Source: Flectonema sp. DT1601
Lineage: Eukaryota
NCBI GenBank assembly: GCA_964019425.1
Contig: OZ025800.1
Span: 992,001-1,056,000, forward strand
Length of the DNA stretch: 64,000 nt
Direction of reading: 5' to 3'
Shown: positions 1 through 10,678 of the stretch, one piece after another
How the letters are laid out: every line of letters begins with the position of its first letter
Position numbering within the stretch: position 1 is the stretch's first letter
Notes under the pieces: model-generated
Seen by the model: only the letters and a program-made list of their open reading frames with translations
Databases searched by the model: none
Told to the model about the DNA's origin: nothing
Program-made: the position numbers and the translations under genes

Positions 1-293
1 AGCGTTGTAGAATTTTCTACTGAACTCTGCCTCTCTCTTTGCATCGAGTCTGTGGATCTCCGTCTGTGTCACAGCACTCAAGCATTGTGGTACAGATTGC
101 GTTTCTGTTTCCACATAAGTCTTAGCCTTTGCCTGTTGAGCAGCAAGCCTAAGCCAACCTGACTCAGTCTTTTCTTCAATTAGCGATTGCTTTCACATCT
201 TTCACAGATTTCATTGATTGGTCGTTGAACAAAATTATTTCGGTTTTAAAAACTTTACTTTTCTGTTTTTCAGGATATTCTTACATCCCACAA

Positions 294-1196
294 ATGCCAA
301 AACGAATTGGTAAATACGAGTTAGGAGTTGTCCTAGGAGAAGGCAATTTTAGTAAAGTTAGAGAAGGAGTTGATATTGAGTCTAAGAGACAGTATGCAAT
401 TAAAATAGTAGACAAGGGACTTCTGGAGAAGGGGCATATGGAACAGCAATTAAAGAGAGAAATAGCTATAATGAAACTTTTAGATCACGAGAATGTCTTA
501 CAGATGAGAGATGTGTTGCAAACAAGCAAAAATATATACTTAATTCTCGACTTGCTTACTGGAGATCTCTTTTACAAGCTGAATGACGCAAAGTGGTTCG
601 ATGAAAAAACAGCTCTCTGTTATTTCCAGCAGTTGATTGCTGGTCTTAATTACCTTCATGGACAAGGTATCGCTCACAGGGATTTGAAACCTGAAAATTT
701 GCTTCTTACGGATGACGGTCAGTTAAAAATTGCGGATTTCGGTTTCAGTCGATTGCTTCATAATAAGCAAATGTTGCTTACAGTTTGTGGAACTCCTAAT
801 TACATGGCTCCTGAAGTTCTTAAAGAAAGTGGGTACGATGGTAAAATAGCTGATATATGGTCTTGTGGAGTGATCCTGTATGCTATGCTTGCTGGCTATC
901 TTCCCTTCGATGATGAGAAAATTTCAAACTTGTGTAAGAGTATTTCAGTGGGTTCTTATCGCGTCTCAAGAAAGTTCTCTCCTAACGCTGTTTCGATAAT
1001 TAAAGGAACACTGACTGTGAATCCTAATAATAGAATTACGATAACAGAAATAATCAACCACCAATTCTTTAGACCGGGTTGTAATGATGAAAAATTTGCA
1101 AAAAAGCGGCAGGTGCACCCCACCGAAACGCAAGTAAACAGCGCTTTCACAAACGCACATCTTGTAAACAGTCCTCCTCCTGTGGCATGTGCTTGA
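294..1196 (+). CDS. Ser/Thr protein kinase, CAMK group (SNF1/AMPK/CIPK-like); kinase domain with short C-tail
   Basis: Motifs GEGNFSKV, AIK, HRDLKPEN, DFG, CGTPNYMAPE and DIWSCG are present. Start placed at ATG 294 (MPKRIGKYELG), just after the pyrimidine-tract acceptor ttctgtttttcag (261-273); the ORF track starts at a TTG. Confidence 0.93.
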   Translation: MPKRIGKYELGVVLGEGNFSKVREGVDIESKRQYAIKIVDKGLLEKGHMEQQLKREIAIMKLLDHENVLQMRDVLQTSKNIYLILDLLTGDLFYKLNDAKWFDEKTALCYFQQLIAGLNYLHGQGIAHRDLKPENLLLTDDGQLKIADFGFSRLLHNKQMLLTVCGTPNYMAPEVLKESGYDGKIADIWSCGVILYAMLAGYLPFDDEKISNLCKSISVGSYRVSRKFSPNAVSIIKGTLTVNPNNRITITEIINHQFFRPGCNDEKFAKKRQVHPTETQVNSAFTNAHLVNSPPPVACA

Positions 1197-2733
1197 ATGT
1201 ACCTCGTAAGTTGGATTTTAAAAATAGACACTTTGTCTGTTGGTGTTTTCAATTTGGATTGAGGCTGCCAATTATTTTAGTTGTCATACTCACATGAAAT
1301 TATGTGAATGGTGTTTTGTTAAATTACAACATCTATTTAGAAGGGTAATTAAGTTCTACTTTCTCCTTCTTCACTTTGCCGTGTAATAGTTACCGTAGCT
1401 TTTTCTTAAAAAAAAAACTGCTAACTTGCTGAAATCACGGATTTTATGTTTATTTTCCCCCAATACCTAATGTACTTTTGTACATTAATTTATTTCTAAT
1501 TAATATTTTGTTTAATAAAACTCACATTTTTCATCGCAACTTGTTGTATTTTCTTTTTCAGGCTGTCATTTTGTCTTTTTTTCCACTTTGGTTAGTAATT
1601 TCAGAGATTAATATTTTTTAATGAGATCAGGTTCAGTGTTTGCTATTTAATGAAGTCACTTGGAATATTATCGCGCGGCGCTGATATTCCAGAAATCTGA
1701 GCAAAATAAAGCCAGTAACAAACTCTTTGCAAGAGAAGTATCATTCGTGCGGAAAAAAAAAAAAAAAACCTGCGCTATTTTTTTTCTGCACGTTATTAAT
1801 TAAGCATGCCAAGTTCAGTACTATGTTACTTGCTTGGGTATTACTGCATTTTTTTTTTCCCTTCTTTTTTTGATCCTTTTTTTTTTTTTACCTGAATGTT
1901 ATTATTATAAATAAAGATTGTTGCGACGAAGCCGCTTGTTGTCCTTTCACAACCCTCCCATATCCTTTATTTTTCTTTGTCATAAAGCAGTAGTTTTTAG
2001 TATTCTGTTAAGCAATTTATTTATTGCATTAGATTTGTTTTGACATAAAATCGATTTGTTGTTTTTTTTTTTTTTAATCTCAGAAATGTCTGGTAAGTAT
2101 CATCTTTTTGATTGTAGCTTTGCTACTAAATAATATCAGCTGGAAATTGAAAAAAAAAAAAAAAAAAGTGAATCGTAACACAGTAATTTTTTTTTTTTTT
2201 TTTTTTTGTACCGACATAGTGTATTTTGGGACCCCCATCTTGGGGATTTCTTTTTCTCCCAAAATAAACTTTTTCCCCATCGGGTAAGGCCATCTAGCTA
2301 AACTTCGTCTGTACTGGGTTGCGCTCCATAACTACACCACAGTTTAGAGAGCTCTTAAAGCCGTTATTTCTTGATAGTCATGATTATTTCCCCCGTGCGA
2401 CAGGATTCTGTCTGCGTTCAACGAAATATAAGGCTATTTTGAATGTGGTTTTTTTTTGTTTTTGTTTTCCCCCTTTCAAAAATTGTTGAAAAGTCTTACT
2501 GTAGTCCCAAACCCGTTGTGTTTTCAAAAAAAACTTTTTTTTTCCCCCCCTGCCATCACCCCAACATTATTTGTTGGATTCTGCAACCCCCTCAGATTTT
2601 CTAACTGAATTCTGGATAACGCTACCATAATTTATTTAAGGTGAGTGCTCCGCTAGTAGTGTGCTATGAACTAGCAATTTTTGCTAACATATTTTTTTCA
2701 AAGAATTGTTGATTTTAAGCAAGTAATTTATAA

Positions 2734-3040
2734 GTGAAACCTACACTCTGCCGTATTACATTATACCCCGGTTTTGGTTTCCCAGGGCTCACGATTAATT
2801 CAAAATTGAATAACTCGATTCCGTACTGCACTGAATGACAACACGGAAAAAGAGATGTGTATGCAGCTAAGTTAGAAACATTTATTATAATGTAAAGTAT
2901 TTACGTCAATCGCAGAGTGTATACCTACACTAACATTACCTTTAGTCGCTGTATCTCAGAGCTAATGTTAAATTATCGTTATGTTGTTCATGATACAATA
3001 CATTTGTATTTTACGTACAAACTCGAAGAGTTAACCCCCC
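2734..3040 (+). mobile_element. Short dispersed retroposon-like repeat, long copy of the C-target family
   Basis: Near-identical to 48620-48926. Its 3' ~100 nt recur at 43148-43243, 45865-45945 and 52658-52748. All copies end in GTTAA(T)CCCC. Confidence 0.75.
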
Positions 3041-5253
3041 TGCACACAACAAAGCTTTATTCGGTACGTTTGGTATTTTTCAGTAGTATTTTTACTGCTT
3101 ATCAAGTTATTCAGACTGTTTTAACTGTTTTAGATAGGCTTTCTTAGTAAAAAAACACCACTGAAACCCCGATAAGAATCCGATAAATAAAAGCAACAGC
3201 AATCGGTGATAAACGCATAGGTGCCTTTAGAAACTTCTCAGTTAAGTATTTATTCCTTCTCAATCTTTCTGAAGGAAAGTTTTTAACTCTCTCTAACAAT
3301 CCAGAGAAAGGAGAAGGAACTCAGGAATACCAACTAAGATGACTATAAAAAAAAAATGAACAATAGTGAATTTTAATACAATAAAAAAAAAAGGTAACCT
3401 ATGATACACTGCGTGATGTAAGTATGAACAAATGTCTTATCTTGTTGGGAATATACTATAATCAGAAGAAAAAAAAAAAAAAAAAAAAAAAGAGAAATTC
3501 TCCAGGCTTTTTCTGTTATCACTATTTTTCTTTTTTTTTTTTGGAGGAATATTATGAAAAGAAGAAAAAAAAAAAAAAAAAAGAGAAATTAGTTTTTTTT
3601 CTTTTTTTTTGTTTCTCTTTCATTGGAATATTTTTTCTTTTTTAGTGATGATTGATTTACTTTTTGTTGTTTTTATCGCTTACACTTTGCAGCTGGTTTA
3701 CAGCGCATTGACTAACGATACATGTTTACAGCTTATCGTTGGATATATCGAAGTAGTCTTCGTGGAGACTATTCTCACTCTGGATTCAAGGAGAATTTCT
3801 CACCAATCTCCAGACACAAGTCATCAATCTAAATCTACCTCATCATACTTTTGTTTTGACACTATTTTTCTTGTCATCTGCCTACTTTAAAGGATAGATT
3901 TCTGGATTTTATTGGGGGAATTCTCTGGGCATCCCAAGTCGCTGTTTCTTAAGTGAAGTAGCCGATTCTGTACTACGTTTTGCGTTTCTTTCCTTTCCTG
4001 TCGAAGAGGACCCGGTTGAGACTCACTGTTGATATCTGTCGTCTGAGTACTGATCTTATCGTATCTTGTTTATCATTAAAATGCAAAACTCTGCTTTTGT
4101 AACAAAACTAATGTCAACTCATGACTGCAATCGCTTTGGAAATTCAGAGTGAACAGGATTGCTTGACCCTCTGGTGGGATCGCCTCCGTGTTATGGGATC
4201 GATGATAAGATACAAAGCCACTGCAACGTCCAAGGATAATTTCCTTTATTTTGATCTTGTATGTTTATAAGTTATCTTTATTGGAATTTCTTCTTCTTTA
4301 AGACGTACGTTGTGAGAGTGTTTCTTTATAAGAAAAACCCATCAAAGACACGGTATGTGTATGCTCCATTGTGGAGTGACAAAGTGTGAATTGACGTGTA
4401 GTGTGAATACTGCAAATGGAAATGTATTGAAGTGGAACTACCGCCAGCATGATTTCCTTTTCGTTGCATTTCCCCGCCGATGTTTTCCTTGCCGTTGTGT
4501 TTCTGTTTGCATCGATGTTTTCGTTTAACAACGTTATTCTACTTCTTTTTGTGTTCGTTTTGTGGTTCGCGTTTGTGATGTTCATATTATTATTTAAGCG
4601 GAAAAAAAGGAGAAAAAAAGAAAGAAATAAAAAAAATCACAATGTCATTTTTCTCATTTTACTTTTTTTCTTAAGAAATACTGTGTTGGGTCACAGTCAT
4701 TGTTCGTCCCTCCTTTTTAAAATTTAAGGCGGTGGCTATTCCCTTTTTTTTAATATTTTTTTATTTTTTTTTAATCCTGGGAAGAAAACACATGCAAGTA
4801 GTATTCTTTACTACTGCATCATCAGAAGAAAATTACGGGCCTTCAACCGTTCTGGATTTTGTGGTAATAATAATATGTAGCCTTTGACAAACTGTGTATT
4901 GTCCCATACAGCTTTCCGTTTAAATATTATTTATTTTGCGTTCTCAGCATTCAGCGAGACTATTTCGTTGACGTTAACTCGTTTTCGAAGAAAAAAAAAA
5001 AAAAAAAAATAGAATTATTATAAATACGGACGTATCGCTCAATGTTCGATTCTTTAATTAAAAAAAATGATTTACGTTTTGTTATTATTATTACTCTTTC
5101 TACAGATACAGAATATCAAAAAAATTCAAAAAAAAAAAGCAATCCGTGAGAAATAAACATTTTGAATTAAAGACGGCGATTATTTTATTAATGCAACACT
5201 TCATTTCATCCCTCATTAGGTATGCAGAATAAAGTACGAAAAGGCTAACGGGG

Positions 5254-8200
5254 ATGGATGCCCTCATGCAGTACGTTGATGGCGATCTATCAGGAATGGG
5301 ATTACTTCCACAGCAAGAGTTAACTTCACTTGGTTCTGAGAGTAGTATAAACACTGATGAGTTGACTGGTTCGGTAGGTTGCAATGCGACGTCAGCGTTG
5401 CTTGACAGGTTGAATACGCAAGCAGTAGAAGTTATTACTGAACGAAGTAATTTTTTACCACTGGGGAGTGAATTACAGCGTTCCTCAATCAGGAGCTCAG
5501 TTCCGACTTTTCGAAAATCGAATGTCACAGATGTGTCTGCATCTGCACAACGCTTTCATCCAACCTCAGCTGATATAGCACCGAGTTGGAACACTCCGAA
5601 TCAGGTCACTGCTGCAACATCAGCTCCAACAGCATCTCTATATCGTTCTAGTCAACACGTCAAAAATCCATCTTCTGAATATTTTCAAAACATATCTTTA
5701 GATCATATTGAAGATACTTCACCTCCTATTCTTCATCAATCGATTCCAAGTAGAGGTGATCATAACATCAATATGGTAGATACTTCATCACCTGCTTCAC
5801 ACATTAGGGCTAGTGGACTTGTAGGAGGATTGTCCCCTCGGTATCGTTCTGAACTCGGTAATCAGAAGTTATTTGATGGAAGTAAAGCAACTGTTTTTAC
5901 TGGTGAGCAGCAGCTCTCTGCTGGTTTTAGAAATTCCAAGAGTCAGTTCTTGAGCTCACCTGAGGAAGTTAATAAAACATTTCAAGATGGTAATCTATCA
6001 ACTAGTCGACATATCCCAGAAGTCAATCATTTTGTCGACAAGTCGTTTTCTGACGTTCGAAAGTTGCGCATAACTCGCTCTACTACAGCTATGGACACCG
6101 TCAATGTAGCAATGCGATCTCTCCTTGACGAGATTCAGGAAGTAATACCTGAAGACTTACAGGTGAATACTCATCACACTAGTGAAGGTAGTCCTTTGCA
6201 AGGTAAGACTTCTGCGGCTGATGAGTTGAAAAATTATTTGCCGACGACTGAGGATTACTCACATGATGTTTATAGTGAAGTTATGAATAGCTCTCCAAAG
6301 AAGATTTCACATCAAATACTTTCAACTACTGTTACCAACTCAATGAGTCCTTCATTAGATAAAGTGACGTACTCTCCTCTGGTATCCCGAAGTGTGGCTG
6401 CTGATAGAGAAATGACGTCTCCTTACTCACCTCAAACAAATATTAGAAATAACCAAAGTATTGCTACAGCAGCAGCTACGTCTCTTATAAGTGTACCCAC
6501 AAGCACTGTATGTTATAGCTCTGATCAGGCCAGAGCATTACATGTACGAACGCAGAAAATCCTGGGTGTGGAACAAAGTTCTTTGAAAAGCAACGAGGGG
6601 AACTTACTGTCAACAGACGACAGGGATAATTATCAGATCCTAGGAACAGCATCATTGTTACCAACAGCGTCACACGGAGTGCGTTACTATGGTACGAAAG
6701 GTTTACAAGAAACAGATTTGAACACCTCATCAGCAACTGATGCCCCTGGTGTCTTATCAGACAACAGATATAGTCATGGGATAGTCGGTCACACAATGAA
6801 AGTTGTAGATACGAGAAAAGAAACCTTAGAGCTTGAAGGGCTTCGTGAAGAGCTTAATCGATTAAAAATAAGTAACATGCAACCCCCTGGCCATCCTCAA
6901 GGAAACCAGACCTCAGAAGGATCAGAAATGGAAAGACTTAGAGTAGAGTTAAAAAACCTGAAGAAAGAAAGCATTTCGGCAACAGTTCACAAAATTCCGA
7001 CGTCATTAGCGATAAGTAAAGAGAGTCCAGAAACAATGGAAATATCTGAACTTCGACAGACACAGGCAAGTGGAAATTCCTCAGTTGTAAATCCTCCCCA
7101 TCACCTTCCAAATAATAACATTCTACTGCAAAGGGAATCCCGTAACTTTGAAGGGAAACCACTGGAATTCAATCACATCACATCAATGATATCGAGTTCA
7201 GAGGTACAAGAACTGGCTGCGTTGCGGGAAGAACTGAAAGCGTTAAGGAAAGAAGAAAGTTACCCAACACCAAGTCACACCTCACATCACATGCGGGTTG
7301 CGACACAATCCCCAGAAGCTCGAGAGCTGATAAAATTACGAGAAGAGTTGGAAGCATTGAAGAAAGAGGGGAGCTCCCTTTCACAGCTTCCACTAAAGAG
7401 ACATCATGTGGAGGAGAACTCGCAAATCATTGCCGTTTCGTCCTTGAGATCACAAATACGAGAAAGTGAAGTGCTGCCAACATTACGGTCGGAAGAAGTG
7501 GTAAGTAAAAAACCCAATTCTGAGAAAATGGGATCCCTCAGTGTTGGGAACCGAGTAACCGAGAAAATGATGCCACTCGCTAAAGGATACTCATATACTC
7601 CAATTATTATGAAAGATAAAGGAGAGTCAAACACGTCAGCTGTTTCACTCAAAGTCGACGAGATTGAGAGAGACTCGAACCAAGGACGAAGTTCACTGGC
7701 AATGCGCCCACCCCGCGTTGGTCAAAATTTGAATTCGTCAGCTGCTGTGTTACCATCCGCGGAATTCAGTGATGGTATTGTTACAGCAAGTTCGGGAAAA
7801 TCTCAACAAGTTCGACTCCGAGTTGAGGATAATTCTGAGACGATGAATTCACTTCTTCAGGGGCTAGAGAATATGAAAGCACGTGAGGACCGCCTCCTAC
7901 AGCTTTGTAGTGTAGTACCTGATAATGAGCATTCATCAAACAGGATTCAATCTCCTCTCGTCATTGATAATGATCAACTTGATAGCACTGATTCCTCTTT
8001 TGAACATCCAATGGTCCTAGAGGGAGATATGGGCTCTAAACAGGAAGCAGTCTTTGCAAATAACTATCACCAGAATGTAGCCGCTACCACTATTAACACG
8101 GCGGTCGCAAATTTGCAAAGTGAAGTCAGAGATCTGAAAAAAACTGCGGAAGCGGGTTTTGGTAACGCAGCTTTCGGAAATTATAATATTCAATCACAAA

Positions 8201-10104
8201 CTGGTCAAAAGTGTGTTGTGGTCGACAGATCCTCTCTTTCAAACAACACATCAGTACCCAGTGCGACAGATAAAGTCACCTCACAGAACCAAACAACACC
8301 AACATACAGTGAGATTGAAGTATTTAAACAGATCCTCGTTAATAACTCATCACTGTCGACTAATTCGAATGGAGGAGGTCAACAAGAGATCAGACCTCCC
8401 TACGCAGAAGTACTCAGCGAGACGGAAAAACTTAAACAGAGATACTCAAGAGATGCTCATCCACCTCCAACTGAAAAGGATAGCAATCTAAATAAAGATT
8501 CAATGCCTTTAGGAATGAGTAATAAATATCATGAGATTACTGAATTTAAGGAGGTACTGCAGGCTCATTGCAATGCGACTGAGAAATCGAAATTTCAAAG
8601 TGACAACAATCTGGTGAAAACTTTTGTTTCTGATCTTCAAAATAATGAAATCTCTGAATTAAGAAATGACATCCAACTTTTAAAGGAAACCGCAAGGGAA
8701 GTAACTCGCGTGGATGATGTGTTTGCAGTTTCTTCGACTGGCGATGACCAACATGAGGAATATCATCATCAGAATAATAAAATAACATCTTTACAGAATG
8801 AGTTAAATCAATTAAGAAACGAAATAAAAGAATCAAACAACCAGCAACACGACATCAGTGAGGCGGAACGACTTCACTGTGAGCTGAGGGAACTTCGAGA
8901 ATTGATTCAAACAGCTGGCAAGGAGTCATCATATTCTGATACGGCAGATAAAATATTTCCTAAAGAAGGAAGTGTACCTAAACAACAGAGATCACTCACA
9001 TCTGAAAGACTCTCCCCACCACGAGCAGCCCCGTCTTCTGATACCATCGACCTGATAAATCATCGTCATCACATGTCTGGGAAAGAGAGGAGTTCCTCTA
9101 GAAGTGTAAAAGGGTTAGAAGGAAGTACTGATCACGACCTTCACAATAACAACACCCGTATCAATGATATCCAACAAGAAGATGAGTCTTACAGACGGAC
9201 GAGTAGTAGTCGAGTTGATAATATTCAAAAGTCTGTTGATAGAGAAGGAGATGTGGAACAGATACCAACAATCACAAAGACGACTCATTCACACATACCG
9301 AGTAAGATCTCACCCCGACCTCCATTACCAAGTGAGAGTTCTCTACCATCAGAATTAGAATCTCTTCAGGATGATTTGATGGCTTTGAAAGCTTCCATTT
9401 CAAATAGTCAAGTCGTTAGATATTCTGAACTCGATTCATTAAAAGATGACTTTAAGATTGGAAACAATAAGAAGGTATCAGTCAGCGTAGTAAATGATTC
9501 AACTCACTCATTGCAAGAAGAGTTGACTGCACTGAAGACTGCTGCAACAAATTCCGAGACTCCTGTATCACAATTCATCAAGGTAAACAACAGCAACACT
9601 GCAGCTACTCGAAGTTCTAATTCTGAATTGGCATCTGTTGGAGAACGCGTGTCTGAAGTAATGAATTTCGAGTACTCTCCAAACTCTTGTAATATTTCTG
9701 ACATCAAAGTCATGAGTTCGGAGAATGAAGAAAGCTACTCAAAACTCATTCCCGTCAACACCAATTCTGCCGTCAGTCAGAGTTCCGAATTCAGATCGAC
9801 AACAGTCGTTAGAAACTCTGACTTAAATATAAAACAGATGAATCTTACGAACTTATCAAATGTCGGAAAGGGGAAGGAAAGAACAGCTGTCAGCGTTGAT
9901 TCAGAAAATATGTTCTTCGAAAGAACAGCTCCGAGTGAAGACAATAAAACATCGATTAGTCGATTTGATTTTGATGTTTCAAATACTCCTCAAGTATCAG
10001 AAATTAGGAAAGCAAGTATTCCTCAAAATTCTGAACTTTCTGCCCTTCTAAACGACTTGACTGCATTAAAGGAAGCTGCTGTGGAACACATCCGAGTTCT
10101 GTGA
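5254..10104 (+). CDS. Large S/T/N-rich, mostly disordered protein with about 12 short coiled-coil repeats (E-L-x-x-L-R/Q-x-E-L-x-x-L-K)
   Basis: Uninterrupted 1616-codon ORF in AT-rich DNA. Recurring heptad motif, e.g. ELEGLREELNRLK, ELAALREELKALR, ELESLQDDLMALK, ELSALLNDLTALK. Confidence 0.85.
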   Translation: MDALMQYVDGDLSGMGLLPQQELTSLGSESSINTDELTGSVGCNATSALLDRLNTQAVEVITERSNFLPLGSELQRSSIRSSVPTFRKSNVTDVSASAQRFHPTSADIAPSWNTPNQVTAATSAPTASLYRSSQHVKNPSSEYFQNISLDHIEDTSPPILHQSIPSRGDHNINMVDTSSPASHIRASGLVGGLSPRYRSELGNQKLFDGSKATVFTGEQQLSAGFRNSKSQFLSSPEEVNKTFQDGNLSTSRHIPEVNHFVDKSFSDVRKLRITRSTTAMDTVNVAMRSLLDEIQEVIPEDLQVNTHHTSEGSPLQGKTSAADELKNYLPTTEDYSHDVYSEVMNSSPKKISHQILSTTVTNSMSPSLDKVTYSPLVSRSVAADREMTSPYSPQTNIRNNQSIATAAATSLISVPTSTVCYSSDQARALHVRTQKILGVEQSSLKSNEGNLLSTDDRDNYQILGTASLLPTASHGVRYYGTKGLQETDLNTSSATDAPGVLSDNRYSHGIVGHTMKVVDTRKETLELEGLREELNRLKISNMQPPGHPQGNQTSEGSEMERLRVELKNLKKESISATVHKIPTSLAISKESPETMEISELRQTQASGNSSVVNPPHHLPNNNILLQRESRNFEGKPLEFNHITSMISSSEVQELAALREELKALRKEESYPTPSHTSHHMRVATQSPEARELIKLREELEALKKEGSSLSQLPLKRHHVEENSQIIAVSSLRSQIRESEVLPTLRSEEVVSKKPNSEKMGSLSVGNRVTEKMMPLAKGYSYTPIIMKDKGESNTSAVSLKVDEIERDSNQGRSSLAMRPPRVGQNLNSSAAVLPSAEFSDGIVTASSGKSQQVRLRVEDNSETMNSLLQGLENMKAREDRLLQLCSVVPDNEHSSNRIQSPLVIDNDQLDSTDSSFEHPMVLEGDMGSKQEAVFANNYHQNVAATTINTAVANLQSEVRDLKKTAEAGFGNAAFGNYNIQSQTGQKCVVVDRSSLSNNTSVPSATDKVTSQNQTTPTYSEIEVFKQILVNNSSLSTNSNGGGQQEIRPPYAEVLSETEKLKQRYSRDAHPPPTEKDSNLNKDSMPLGMSNKYHEITEFKEVLQAHCNATEKSKFQSDNNLVKTFVSDLQNNEISELRNDIQLLKETAREVTRVDDVFAVSSTGDDQHEEYHHQNNKITSLQNELNQLRNEIKESNNQQHDISEAERLHCELRELRELIQTAGKESSYSDTADKIFPKEGSVPKQQRSLTSERLSPPRAAPSSDTIDLINHRHHMSGKERSSSRSVKGLEGSTDHDLHNNNTRINDIQQEDESYRRTSSSRVDNIQKSVDREGDVEQIPTITKTTHSHIPSKISPRPPLPSESSLPSELESLQDDLMALKASISNSQVVRYSELDSLKDDFKIGNNKKVSVSVVNDSTHSLQEELTALKTAATNSETPVSQFIKVNNSNTAATRSSNSELASVGERVSEVMNFEYSPNSCNISDIKVMSSENEESYSKLIPVNTNSAVSQSSEFRSTTVVRNSDLNIKQMNLTNLSNVGKGKERTAVSVDSENMFFERTAPSEDNKTSISRFDFDVSNTPQVSEIRKASIPQNSELSALLNDLTALKEAAVEHIRVL

Positions 10105-10678
10105 AGATGATTCGATTTGTTTTATATTTTGTAAATCTTTTTAATGAAAAATAGAAAAGTCAGAACTTGTAGTTCGATCCTGTACTGAAGAGTTTCGTTA
10201 TTTGAGAACCAACGACGAGAGATAACCATTCCTTTACCTTTTATAGAATATAAGAAATATGGGAAAGACACACGGCATGTTTACGTCTTCGTCGGGTAAG
10301 TTTGGTCATCACAAACATGGTGCGGAAAACTCATCCACTGATACTGAGAAAGTAAAAAATAACACAAAACCATGTGATGATGACAAACCAAAAATTGCTG
10401 ATCATAAAAAGTGAAAACTTTTAGTTACCAAACCTAACCACTCAGATCACTGTAGCTGTTTATAAATTAATTGATTGATCGTTGTGTTCTTTATGGAAAT
10501 TGTCTTTTTTTTTTTTTAAAATAGATTTTCACTACAAGTATTGTAGCGTAACTAACCTAGGATTTTGTTCCGATTGCGCACAAACAAAAATGTGAGTAAA
10601 AACTAAAAAAAATGAAGTTTGCCGATTATCTTTTCTACTCTGAAAAGGGACGCACATCAAAAAGAAAATAAAACAAAT

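Noticed and set aside
1..215. Minus-strand reading frame running off the window start
   Set aside because: Contains a stop, has no recognisable motif and is truncated by the window edge.
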